64,000 nt of DNA from a virus. The stretch lies in IMG/VR virus record IMGVR_UViG_3300037465_000544, one strand, 5' to 3'. The notes beneath the pieces were generated by a model. It worked only from the letters and a program-made list of their open reading frames with translations. It did not search any database and had not been told where the DNA came from. This document shows positions 15,760 through 24,541 of this stretch, one piece after another. The position numbers and the translations under genes are program-made. Numbering within the stretch: the stretch's first letter is position 1; every line of letters starts with the position of its first letter.

Positions 15760-17259
15760 ATGTCAAAGCCTAAAAAAAGAGCAAAAAAATCCCGTGAACA
15801 ATTAATATATCAATTTATGGGGTTTGATTACGATCAAATGGAGGGCAGACATCCGGATTTAGAAGGAGGGAGCGGGTATCGCTCCCCCCTTTCTGAATAT
15901 TCCAGAGGATCTTTTTATAAAAACGATTACAGTTACGGAGATATTTTCTCATCAGGATTATACAACAAAAATTACAGAAAGAATGAAGACGATATTGTAC
16001 ATCCGGAGATGAAGTGGTCGCAACAAAGGGATGTAGAAAAAATTCCGACAGATGCAAAGAAAAAATTAAAAATGGCAGATTTATCGGATGCTTGTTTTTC
16101 AGTAGATGAGTTTATGGCTCGTGATATTTTTAAGATGTATTACAACAGAGAAGAAGTCATCGAATACAAAGTAAAATCAGATAAACTTTGGTGGCATAAA
16201 TTACTTAGCGACACTGATAATTACATGATGAAAATGCTAACTAATAATAGCTTTTCTAATTCTTATATAATCACGTGTGCCATTATTGAAAAGATGTTAA
16301 AAGCGATGAAAGATAATAATATTAGCAAAAAAGACTTGAACAAAGAGATGGAACGAGTAAACAAAGATTTACAACACCAAAAAGACAACCCCGGAACAAA
16401 AGCTCCCGAACAAAGTGCTATTCAGAACATGATGAAAGAAGCCATGAAAGAGGGAATGAAGGATGCTGTGACAAAAATCAATGATAAGGAACGAATGAAA
16501 TCTATCACCGGTATTGATGAGTCATTACTGGGAAGTGCTGAAGAATTAAACATGATGAAAACATTAATTGAAGAGGTAAAAAATATTCGATTAAGTAAAA
16601 ACGAGCTGAGTCGGTTCGTTAAAAAAGGCATTAAAGGAATGAAATCAGCATTATGCGGACGCAGCCGCCTCAAAGAAGAAAGTTTTCTGGATTCAGACAA
16701 TGTATCAGATATTCCGGATGCACACCTACTTAACACAATAGAGCTGATTGAAGACATGAGTACAATGGAAGATTTTAATGCCATGAAATTCAATGTTTAT
16801 ATTGACTGTTCAGGCAGTATGGGTGCATCAGTTTCGTTATCCAAAAGTAGAAATGACTATATGAAACGAATTACACTTGCAAAAATATTGCTTTATAAAA
16901 TGAAAAGCATGAACATACTTGCAGAGATACGTGGATTTGAAATGGATGTTTATCCATACAAAACAGAGCATAATAAAATTATGTCATTATGTGCAGGCGG
17001 AGGAACAAGAATTGATAACGTAATTAAACATGTTAATGAAAATAAAATTCCTTCATTAGTCTTGAGTGACGGTGATGACACGATAACTAAATACAATCCA
17101 AATGTGTATATACTTTGCCTTGTTAAGCCTGTTAACTTTGGTTGTTTGGATATTTCAGAAAAATACATAAACAACAAGCAAATCGTTTTATATGCAAACG
17201 GAAAATTCAGTTTCCCATATTTAAAAGATGGCAAGGTTTGTTTTAAAGAAGAGAAATAA
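15760..17259 (+). CDS. VWA-domain protein (ViaA/CoxE-like partner)
   Basis: C-terminal MIDAS motifs YIDCSGSM, GGGTRID and LSDGDD. Confidence 0.85.
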   Translation: MSKPKKRAKKSREQLIYQFMGFDYDQMEGRHPDLEGGSGYRSPLSEYSRGSFYKNDYSYGDIFSSGLYNKNYRKNEDDIVHPEMKWSQQRDVEKIPTDAKKKLKMADLSDACFSVDEFMARDIFKMYYNREEVIEYKVKSDKLWWHKLLSDTDNYMMKMLTNNSFSNSYIITCAIIEKMLKAMKDNNISKKDLNKEMERVNKDLQHQKDNPGTKAPEQSAIQNMMKEAMKEGMKDAVTKINDKERMKSITGIDESLLGSAEELNMMKTLIEEVKNIRLSKNELSRFVKKGIKGMKSALCGRSRLKEESFLDSDNVSDIPDAHLLNTIELIEDMSTMEDFNAMKFNVYIDCSGSMGASVSLSKSRNDYMKRITLAKILLYKMKSMNILAEIRGFEMDVYPYKTEHNKIMSLCAGGGTRIDNVIKHVNENKIPSLVLSDGDDTITKYNPNVYILCLVKPVNFGCLDISEKYINNKQIVLYANGKFSFPYLKDGKVCFKEEK

Positions 17260-17271
17260 AGAATAAGGACA

Positions 17272-18402
17272 ATGAGAAAAGAAGGCACTTCCGGATTAAA
17301 AACGCTCATAGAGCAAAATCTTGATGAGCGAGGAATCTACGAGTACTACTATCAGCGTGCTACTGGAAAACAATTAATGCTTGGAAAAGCTATCCGCAGT
17401 CCGTTAAGGGCTGTGGATAGGCATCCAAGCTTTAATGTGTTTAAAGGCAAAAACGGCAAACTGATGTTCAAAGACTTTGCGGGAGAATCAGGAGATGTGT
17501 ACTATTTTGTAATGGTTTTGCACAATTACTGCAGTTTTGCCGAAGCATTAAAAATTATTGCAGCTGATTTCGGAATCAGCAAAAACGAATCTTCTTTAAT
17601 TAATGAATTAAGAAAATCATTGTCTGCATCCGCATTATCTTCACTTGCTTCTTTAGGAAATACAGAACGAACAAAAGCAAAATGGAATGAAAAGCTACTT
17701 CAAAAAGATGATTATGATTTTTTTGCTCAATTCGGAATTTTATATTGGATACTTAATTATTACAATGTCATTGGTATAACAGATTTTTCAATTGGCAAAG
17801 TAAGCCGGATTGCAAATCACAATTTTCCGATCTATGGATTTCGTTATGAGGACCATGAGGCTATTCGCTTTTATATGCCATATAATAATAATGGATTAAA
17901 ACAAGTTGGCAATGCAGGCATAAATGATATTTTCGGCATGAAAGAAATGAAAGCAGATGTTTCTCTGTTGAAGCAAATGCCGGAAACAAAAACATGTAAC
18001 ACAAAAAAGAAAATCGGAATTCTTGCTGCAGGACAAAAAGACGTGATGACAATTAAATCTGTTTTATCCAGCTCTTCAACAAAGGCAGACAGAATATTTC
18101 CATTGGCATTAAACAGTGAAACAGCTTCACTAAGTCCAAGCCAATACCAGGATATCATGACTTATGTGGATGAGCTTTATGTTCTTTATGACAATGACAA
18201 CACCGGAAATAAACAGGCAAAAAAACTGCATGACAAATACGGAATTAAAATCATCAACATAGCCGATTACTCAAAAGAGAAAGACGTAAGTGACCACTAC
18301 AAAGAATGGCTTAGTCCATTTTATATGTCAAAAATAAATTTAACAGAAATAAGTTTCAAAGAAGAAAAATTATGCAAAACACTATTAAGTCTGACGGAAT
18401 AA
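17272..18402 (+). CDS. Phage DNA primase (Toprim)
   Basis: N-terminal SPLR..D.HPSF...FKDFA domain; Toprim AAGQKDV and VLYDNDNTG; KDVSD. Confidence 0.82.
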   Translation: MRKEGTSGLKTLIEQNLDERGIYEYYYQRATGKQLMLGKAIRSPLRAVDRHPSFNVFKGKNGKLMFKDFAGESGDVYYFVMVLHNYCSFAEALKIIAADFGISKNESSLINELRKSLSASALSSLASLGNTERTKAKWNEKLLQKDDYDFFAQFGILYWILNYYNVIGITDFSIGKVSRIANHNFPIYGFRYEDHEAIRFYMPYNNNGLKQVGNAGINDIFGMKEMKADVSLLKQMPETKTCNTKKKIGILAAGQKDVMTIKSVLSSSSTKADRIFPLALNSETASLSPSQYQDIMTYVDELYVLYDNDNTGNKQAKKLHDKYGIKIINIADYSKEKDVSDHYKEWLSPFYMSKINLTEISFKEEKLCKTLLSLTE

Positions 18403-18656
18403 ATCCATTTCTCAGATGCACTATTAACTTTCAGGAAAGAGATAAATGCGAAAAAATGGGGATAGAAATTAATGAAGAAGGAATGATTGACATTTATTTA
18501 CCGGATGTAAATGCCATCATGTCTAAAGACGGAGAGGAAAATAAACACATTTTATTTATTTTTCTCAATGGAATTGACATTGAAGTAACTGTAAATGATC
18601 CGGAATCGGTTAAAGAACGATGGAGAAAAATCAAAAACAAAAAATTCAATGAATAA
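18372..18656 (+). CDS. Hypothetical protein
   Basis: 94-aa ORF bridging primase and nuclease with short overlaps. Confidence 0.6.
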   Translation: MQNTIKSDGINPFLRCTINFQERDKCEKMGIEINEEGMIDIYLPDVNAIMSKDGEENKHILFIFLNGIDIEVTVNDPESVKERWRKIKNKKFNE

Positions 18657-19428
18657 AGTATCTATTAATCAAACTCTGATAAAAAAACTTAAACAAGAAA
18701 ATGTTTGTCCGAGAGAATTGTATCACATTTATATCGCGAAAGATGTTCCTTCCATTCCAAGTGAAAGCATGAACAAAGGTTTGGTATTTGAAAATCTCGC
18801 GTTGGATTTAAATAACGATGCCAAAATTCCTTCTTTAAAAACAGGTGGCACTCCTGTTGATTATGTAAGAATAATTCGACAGGCAAAACGATTTAAAGAA
18901 GAAATTGTGCCTCAGTTTAAAATGAATATTGAGAAAAAAAATACTCAAATTTTTATAGAACATAAGTATTCAGATAGGGTAGTCCTTTATGGCACTCTGG
19001 ATTTTTGTTCTCCTATTGAAGATCAAGACCTGGGGACAGTTCCGGTTGCTATACATGATCTAAAAATGACCAGCAGCATTTACAAACAATTTGGCGATTA
19101 TTGTTGGGCATTTCCTTATAATATAGATCACACACAGGCATACCTTTACACGTATATTTATCAAAAAGAATTCGGATGGACGGTGCCGTTTTATTATTGG
19201 GTGTTTGATTATTCTCCGGACATGAATTACAAGCCGATTCGTAAACTGGTTGAACCATTGCACATTTTAGAACTGGAGGAGGCAATTCGAGTTTCATTAG
19301 AAAAGATTGATTATTTTGAAAAATTAGGATGGCAAACCGAAATTCCAAATGAAAAAAACTGTAAAGAATGCCCTTTAAAAGAAAACTGCAAAAGTTATAA
19401 TCCGAAAAAAACAATCGAAGTAGTATAA
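18649..19428 (+). CDS. Cas4/AddB-like PD-(D/E)XK exonuclease with probable Fe-S cluster
   Basis: GTLDF, IHDLK, QAYLY; N-terminal Cys (NVCP) plus C-terminal CKECPLKENC. Confidence 0.78.
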   Translation: MNKVSINQTLIKKLKQENVCPRELYHIYIAKDVPSIPSESMNKGLVFENLALDLNNDAKIPSLKTGGTPVDYVRIIRQAKRFKEEIVPQFKMNIEKKNTQIFIEHKYSDRVVLYGTLDFCSPIEDQDLGTVPVAIHDLKMTSSIYKQFGDYCWAFPYNIDHTQAYLYTYIYQKEFGWTVPFYYWVFDYSPDMNYKPIRKLVEPLHILELEEAIRVSLEKIDYFEKLGWQTEIPNEKNCKECPLKENCKSYNPKKTIEVV

Positions 19429-19444
19429 ATTAAAACTTAAAAAA

Positions 19445-19891
19445 ATGACACTTAACAAAGAGGAAATTAAAAGAGCACATATTCGATGGTATGTGCTTCC
19501 CGGTATTGGGAAAACGCGATCTATAAAACTTTCTGATATAGAAAAAGCGGTCTGTTCTTCTCCGTGGTGCACTATCACCAAAGAAGAATTAGTCAGTAAT
19601 TCCCGAGGAGCTAAATATTCTTATCCGAGAGCAATTTGTATGCTACTGGCAAAAATTCTTCTTAAGAAAAATAAAAAAGGAGTTAATTGTCAATATATAA
19701 AAAAGAGCGATTCAAGTATTTATTCTCCATCATTGCTTAAAAAAAGATATAAATACAAAGGACACTCTGTTGTATGTTTAAATGTAAAAAACTACTTAAA
19801 CAGAATGGATGTTGATAAAAACTTCAGGGAAATGATAGAAGAGGTTAAAACAAGAATACTTTTTTCATACAAAAAAGAAATATCTTTGTAA
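19445..19891 (+). CDS. DnaA domain-IV-like HTH DNA-binding protein
   Basis: IEKAVC...ELVSNSRGAKYSYPRAICMLL...GHSVV...MDVDKNFREMIEEV parallels Bac_DnaA_C. Confidence 0.7.
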   Translation: MTLNKEEIKRAHIRWYVLPGIGKTRSIKLSDIEKAVCSSPWCTITKEELVSNSRGAKYSYPRAICMLLAKILLKKNKKGVNCQYIKKSDSSIYSPSLLKKRYKYKGHSVVCLNVKNYLNRMDVDKNFREMIEEVKTRILFSYKKEISL

Positions 19892-19910
19892 AACTTAATA
19901 ATTAAATAGA

Positions 19911-20267
19911 ATGGAAATAACTAAATCCGAATTACCAATTGATGAAGAAACACTTGAATTGATAAAATTATGCCAAGGTTCTCCTGTCAAAATTACATGG
20001 AATGGGAAAATCACAACCTGGCAACCGATAATACCCAATAACCCAAGTGTATCGGAGATTCAGAAACAAATATCCTCCAGCATCATATCTGCCATAAGAC
20101 TAACAAAGTATAAGTTCCCTGAGCTGCATATGTATTTTGACATAGAAGGTAAGTATATGAATAAGAACAGCAACGTGAAGGCTACAAAAATAATGCAGTT
20201 TTATGGAGACACTGAAGACGTCTTGGTGGGAGATGTGATATTGTTTCCTTCGTGGTACATTCTTTAA
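19911..20267 (+). CDS. Hypothetical phage protein (DUF3846-like)
   Basis: Motif MYFDIEG...N..AT...LVGDVIL. Confidence 0.55.
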   Translation: MEITKSELPIDEETLELIKLCQGSPVKITWNGKITTWQPIIPNNPSVSEIQKQISSSIISAIRLTKYKFPELHMYFDIEGKYMNKNSNVKATKIMQFYGDTEDVLVGDVILFPSWYIL

Positions 20268-20282
20268 TTTAAACACAACTTT

Positions 20283-20624
20283 ATGAACATAAAATATTCA
20301 TTTACGGTAATGGTAAAATTAAATTTGAGCCACGAAAAGAATAAAGAGCACAGTCAGCATAATGGAACGGAATGCAACCTTGAAATTTCCGAAAACCTTG
20401 ATTCGAAAAAATATTGTGAAGAAAATGGGCTGCCAAACAAAGAAGGATGCAAGGCCATTACAGAAACGCTTATACAAGGACTTGTTGCAAACATACATTT
20501 TGCACATCAAAAAAACTACCGCGATAGTGCAGAGCACCTTCGGGATATCATTAGAAAGATAGAGGACGGATTTATTCAAATAGGAGAAATCGAAGAAGAC
20601 GAAACCGATCTTGAAACAAAATAA
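20283..20624 (+). CDS. Hypothetical protein
   Basis: 113-aa ORF in operon context. Confidence 0.65.
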   Translation: MNIKYSFTVMVKLNLSHEKNKEHSQHNGTECNLEISENLDSKKYCEENGLPNKEGCKAITETLIQGLVANIHFAHQKNYRDSAEHLRDIIRKIEDGFIQIGEIEEDETDLETK

Positions 20625-20625
20625 T

Positions 20626-21330
20626 ATGACTGTTGAAAAATCTTATTTTCTATCAGAAGCATTAAAAGATGCTCTCAGCAAAAAATTGATAGAAGGAGAA
20701 CAAGTTGCCTCAATGCTGGAACATTATATTGAAGAGTATAAACAAATAGCAAGTAAAACAAATGGGGCATCAGCGGCTCATTCTTTTCATAAAGCCATGG
20801 ATGAAGAAACCGAGAAGCTTAAAAAAACAAAATATGGCAAAGGAATAAAATGTTCTGCAGGATGTTCTTTTTGTTGCCATACACACGTTGATATCAACCG
20901 CGATGAAGCAGAATTGCTTGTATATAAAGCATCTAAAATCGAAGAAAAAACAGGGAAAAAGTTCATTATAGACTTAGGCAGGCTAAGTAAGCAACAGGCT
21001 AAAGGACTTGAGGGGTGGAACGAGTTGCCATACGCAGAAAGAAAATGTGTTTTTCTCGATGAAAAAGGACAATGCAGCGTCTATGAGTGGAGACCGGCAA
21101 CGTGTCGTGCACACAACGCTATTTCTGATCCGGCAAATTGTGATAGCGAAAAATATCCAAATGGGCAAATTGCAAAAGGGTTTTCTCTGTTAAACGAGGT
21201 GTATTCCGGAGCAATTTTTAACGCAACAGATTCCGGAAGCTTACCTGATATGGTAATGAGAGTTATCGCAGAAAATCTGTTGAAGCTAAAGCCAAAAACA
21301 TTAAATGAAGCAACTACTATTAAATCTTAA
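20626..21330 (+). CDS. YkgJ/FliB-family Cys-cluster (Fe-S or Zn) protein
   Basis: CSAGCSFCC and CVFLDEKGQCSVYEWRPATCR motifs. Confidence 0.85.
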   Translation: MTVEKSYFLSEALKDALSKKLIEGEQVASMLEHYIEEYKQIASKTNGASAAHSFHKAMDEETEKLKKTKYGKGIKCSAGCSFCCHTHVDINRDEAELLVYKASKIEEKTGKKFIIDLGRLSKQQAKGLEGWNELPYAERKCVFLDEKGQCSVYEWRPATCRAHNAISDPANCDSEKYPNGQIAKGFSLLNEVYSGAIFNATDSGSLPDMVMRVIAENLLKLKPKTLNEATTIKS

Positions 21331-21356
21331 ATCAATAAACTAAAACAAAAACAACT

Positions 21357-21575
21357 ATGGGAAATCAAAAATCAGAAGGAACAGTTAAATTCTTCAAACG
21401 AGACAAGGGATTTGGATTCATCATTGATGACAATTCCGGCAAAGACATCTTTTTTCATATAAGCGGTCTTTCAGAAATAAAGGACAAAGGAAAAATCACA
21501 GCTGATGACAGAGTGGAATTCTCTCTCAGAGAAGGCAAACGTGGTCAAGAAGCATGTGAAATAGTAATACTATAA
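21357..21575 (+). CDS. Cold-shock domain protein
   Basis: GTVKFF..KGFGFI...DIFFHISGL (RNP1/RNP2). Confidence 0.92.
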   Translation: MGNQKSEGTVKFFKRDKGFGFIIDDNSGKDIFFHISGLSEIKDKGKITADDRVEFSLREGKRGQEACEIVIL

Positions 21576-21596
21576 ACCTATAAAAAAACAGCAAAC

Positions 21597-21881
21597 ATGG
21601 AAAAACTAAGCACAACAAAAAACACCACAGATGGACTATTGACAATGGAAGTCAACAGAACAAGAAATTCAATATTAAGAATAAACGAAAAATTATTGAT
21701 CATTAAATCAATGCTGAATAGGGTATCCAATGATCTGGAAGAAGAAAAAGTCGCAACTGGAAAAAACCCAAGCTTAGAACCAGTCACTTTGCACGAAAAA
21801 ATGATTATGAATTCCGAAAGTATAGAATTGATAGAGGAGAAAATTCAACACCTAATAGAAAGAATAGAAAACGTGATCTAA
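21597..21881 (+). CDS. Coiled-coil hypothetical protein
   Basis: 94 aa, followed by a terminator. Confidence 0.65.
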   Translation: MEKLSTTKNTTDGLLTMEVNRTRNSILRINEKLLIIKSMLNRVSNDLEEEKVATGKNPSLEPVTLHEKMIMNSESIELIEEKIQHLIERIENVI

Positions 21882-21910
21882 AAAGTTTTTTGTTTATCTC
21901 TGTTTAGAAA

Positions 21911-21950
21911 GAAAAAATCCCGGGAATTGACCAAACCCGGGATTTTTTCT
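21911..21950. terminator. Bidirectional Rho-independent terminator
   Basis: Perfect 14-bp IR GAAAAAATCCCGGG / CCCGGGATTTTTTC. Confidence 0.85.
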
Positions 21951-22079
21951 GTTTAAAAAAATCAGCAAAAAAACGCACATGGAGTGCTAAAAGTAGGCAC
22001 CACAAATCTAAAACTTATTTTAACAAGAGATAAAAAAAACTTTTCAACAACCAAATTCTTATATAATTATGGAAAAAAC

Positions 22080-22457
22080 ATGAAAAAAGTTAAATTTATT
22101 GATGCCCAAAAAATGGCAAAAAAACACCCAAAAACCTTTTTCGCTCCTACTAAACAAGAGCTTGCTGCACTTAAAAAGGGGGATATAGTAAAAGTTTGCC
22201 CAGGCATGGAGAGGTTTTGGGTTGAGATCATTGAAATTGACAAACAAAAAGTAAAAGGAATAGTTGATAACAATCTTATATTCTCTAATGTGCACGGTTT
22301 AAAGCTAAACAGTATTGTTCATTTTGAAAAAAAGCACATTTACGATATTTACGAAGAAGATAAGGCTCCGACTCAAACCAGGTGCCGGCATTGTGGAAAA
22401 CTTATCCTTATAGGCATTCAACACAAAAATCCATTAACAGGAAAATGTGATTCCTGA
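22080..22457 (+). CDS. DUF2314-like protein
   Basis: GDIVKV...ERFWVEI...GIVDN...HIYDI pattern; ATG 22080 in frame. Confidence 0.6.
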   Translation: MKKVKFIDAQKMAKKHPKTFFAPTKQELAALKKGDIVKVCPGMERFWVEIIEIDKQKVKGIVDNNLIFSNVHGLKLNSIVHFEKKHIYDIYEEDKAPTQTRCRHCGKLILIGIQHKNPLTGKCDS

Positions 22458-22489
22458 TTTATTAACTAACTAAAAAAAACAGAATTATT

Positions 22490-23041
22490 ATGGGACTCGA
22501 CATGTATCTTTCCAAAAGAATTTGGATCGGAGCAAATTACGAACACAATAAAGTATCAGGGAAAATTTCATTGAAAAAACATAAAACCCCTATAAAAATA
22601 GACATAAAGAAACTAAAGTATGTTATAGAAGAAGTTGGCTACTGGAGAAAGGCGAATGCCATTCATCTTTGGTTTGTGAATAATTGCCAAAACGGAGTTG
22701 ATGATTGCAAAGAATACTATGTTAGCAAAGAAAAAATAGAAGAACTTCTAAGCTTGTGCAAAAAAGTGATGGATGTTGCAATTACAAAAACAGGAAAAGT
22801 GTCTTTGGGGTTCAAATACACAACAAAAGGAGAAAAAGAAGAAATAACGAAAGAAGGCAAAATTATCATTAATTCCGATGAAATAGAAAAATTATTGCCG
22901 ACAACTTCCGGATTCTTTTTTGGAAGCACGGAATATGACGAATATTATTTGGAAGACATCAGAAATACGATAGAAATCTGCGAAAAGGCACTTGCCGAAA
23001 ACGATGATTGCTCAGATTTTTATTACAGCTCAAGCTGGTAA
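22490..23041 (+). CDS. Conserved phage protein (MGLDMYL...YWRKANAIH type)
   Basis: Recognisable phage-family motifs; last gene of the + block. Confidence 0.75.
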   Translation: MGLDMYLSKRIWIGANYEHNKVSGKISLKKHKTPIKIDIKKLKYVIEEVGYWRKANAIHLWFVNNCQNGVDDCKEYYVSKEKIEELLSLCKKVMDVAITKTGKVSLGFKYTTKGEKEEITKEGKIIINSDEIEKLLPTTSGFFFGSTEYDEYYLEDIRNTIEICEKALAENDDCSDFYYSSSW

Positions 23042-23046
23042 ATCTT

Positions 23047-23964
23047 TTATCCGATATATTTAACGAATAATAATACCACTTTTTCCTGAATGGGGACAGG
23101 AGTGCCTATGTCAGCATCAAGGCTTACGACTGTTCCCATTACAGGAGCAAGTGTACCGGTATCAAATCCAACAGGTACCCTTCCAATCATATTAGGAGTC
23201 TGCACATTCTGTGACTGACTATTCTGATAAACATTTCCATCACATACTACCCATCCTTTCCAACACCCCTGCCCTATTCCATTTATAAAATCCAAAGCAT
23301 ATTCAGCATTGGTTCCGTGATACAGGGTTATTTCATTAATTTTATCTTTAATATTAACTTCTAATGTATCATTTCCCGTAGCAGCAGCAAAGCTTATTCT
23401 GCATGGTGTGGAAGTTGAAAAGGCGGTATCCAGATAGCTTGCTGTAGGATCATTGACATTAATCAGAACTTGTCCTGGCAAAGCTGCCAAAGCAGTAAAA
23501 TCAAAACCAAGAACAACATTTTCCCCGGCTGAGGCTTGAGTAACAATTATAGGATTTGCAGGCGATTGAGCCGCAGCCGTTACAGCTAAAGTATTTTGCA
23601 CAAAAAAATCCAAACCGAATCCGCCAACCCTTCCCGTATTCTGAAAAGCCGAAGTAATACTTATCGCAGTATTAGGAAAATTTGGATTTTTAAACACATT
23701 TGGCAAATGATGAGGCAATACTGTCTTGGTGAATCCATCAATATCAGGAGTGCTGTTTCTTGTTTGCGAAGCGGAATCCTGTGCTATTTTAACAAATCCC
23801 TGAGATGTAGAGCTGGCTGTGTCATCCTTCTCTTTAATAAATCCTGTAGAGCAAAACAACTCATTAAACGTAGCCTGGGTAGGCTTGTCTCCTGTACGAA
23901 AACGTACACCTGGGTTTCCTGTTACAAGAAAAAAGTAATTTCTGAATTGCCGGGTAAGTGCCAT
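23047..23964 (-). CDS. Tail fibre / tail-collar-domain protein
   Basis: C-terminal GWVVCDG...TPNMIGRVPVG resembles the tail-collar motif; T/A/G-rich. Confidence 0.65.
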   Translation of the reverse strand: MALTRQFRNYFFLVTGNPGVRFRTGDKPTQATFNELFCSTGFIKEKDDTASSTSQGFVKIAQDSASQTRNSTPDIDGFTKTVLPHHLPNVFKNPNFPNTAISITSAFQNTGRVGGFGLDFFVQNTLAVTAAAQSPANPIIVTQASAGENVVLGFDFTALAALPGQVLINVNDPTASYLDTAFSTSTPCRISFAAATGNDTLEVNIKDKINEITLYHGTNAEYALDFINGIGQGCWKGWVVCDGNVYQNSQSQNVQTPNMIGRVPVGFDTGTLAPVMGTVVSLDADIGTPVPIQEKVVLLFVKYIG

Positions 23965-24004
23965 AGTAATTGTTTTTAGTTTTTAGTTTTTATTATTATA
24001 TTTA

Positions 24005-24520
24005 TTATCTTACTGTAAAAATTGCATCGTTTATCGGACACGAATCCGTGAGAGTGCTTGGAATATCAATAGCCATATACGCTACACCATCCACAAACTC
24101 ATCAAAAGGATATAAGCCAAAACTTGCCAAAAGCGGCCGCACATCTAAATCTTTGCATCGAAAGTATTTCACAATACAAGCTAACTTGTATTCATTGAAA
24201 TAAAACAAAGCCCCTTTGTCTCTGCCACACGGATCCGTTTTGCGATCCTCTACCATTTGCCAATAAATTACAGTCAAATAAGTATAAAGGTAAGCATAGT
24301 CCATAATGGCATCTACATTATTTTCTGCCCGCTTGGGTTGCATCATTAATTCTGCTTCATATACATTATTCGCCCAACATAACATGTTATGAGAAGAGCA
24401 GGAAAAAAACATTGCCAGGTTTGCTTCTAATTCAGAAGGAACCAAATCGGTGTCGCAGCAGCCTGTTTTTGCAGGCTTAAACTCCGGGCAACCATATCCA
24501 CAATTAACGCAGCCGCTCAT
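24005..24520 (-). CDS. Cys-rich virion-associated protein
   Basis: 171 aa in the structural operon; N-terminal CxxCxxxC...CC. Confidence 0.6.
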   Translation of the reverse strand: MSGCVNCGYGCPEFKPAKTGCCDTDLVPSELEANLAMFFSCSSHNMLCWANNVYEAELMMQPKRAENNVDAIMDYAYLYTYLTVIYWQMVEDRKTDPCGRDKGALFYFNEYKLACIVKYFRCKDLDVRPLLASFGLYPFDEFVDGVAYMAIDIPSTLTDSCPINDAIFTVR

Positions 24521-24541
24521 GGACTTTTTGTTTAGTTTATA

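Noticed and set aside
18649-19428. Cas4 as part of a CRISPR-Cas system
   Set aside because: No cas1/cas2 or array in the window; solo Cas4-like nucleases are common in phage replication modules.
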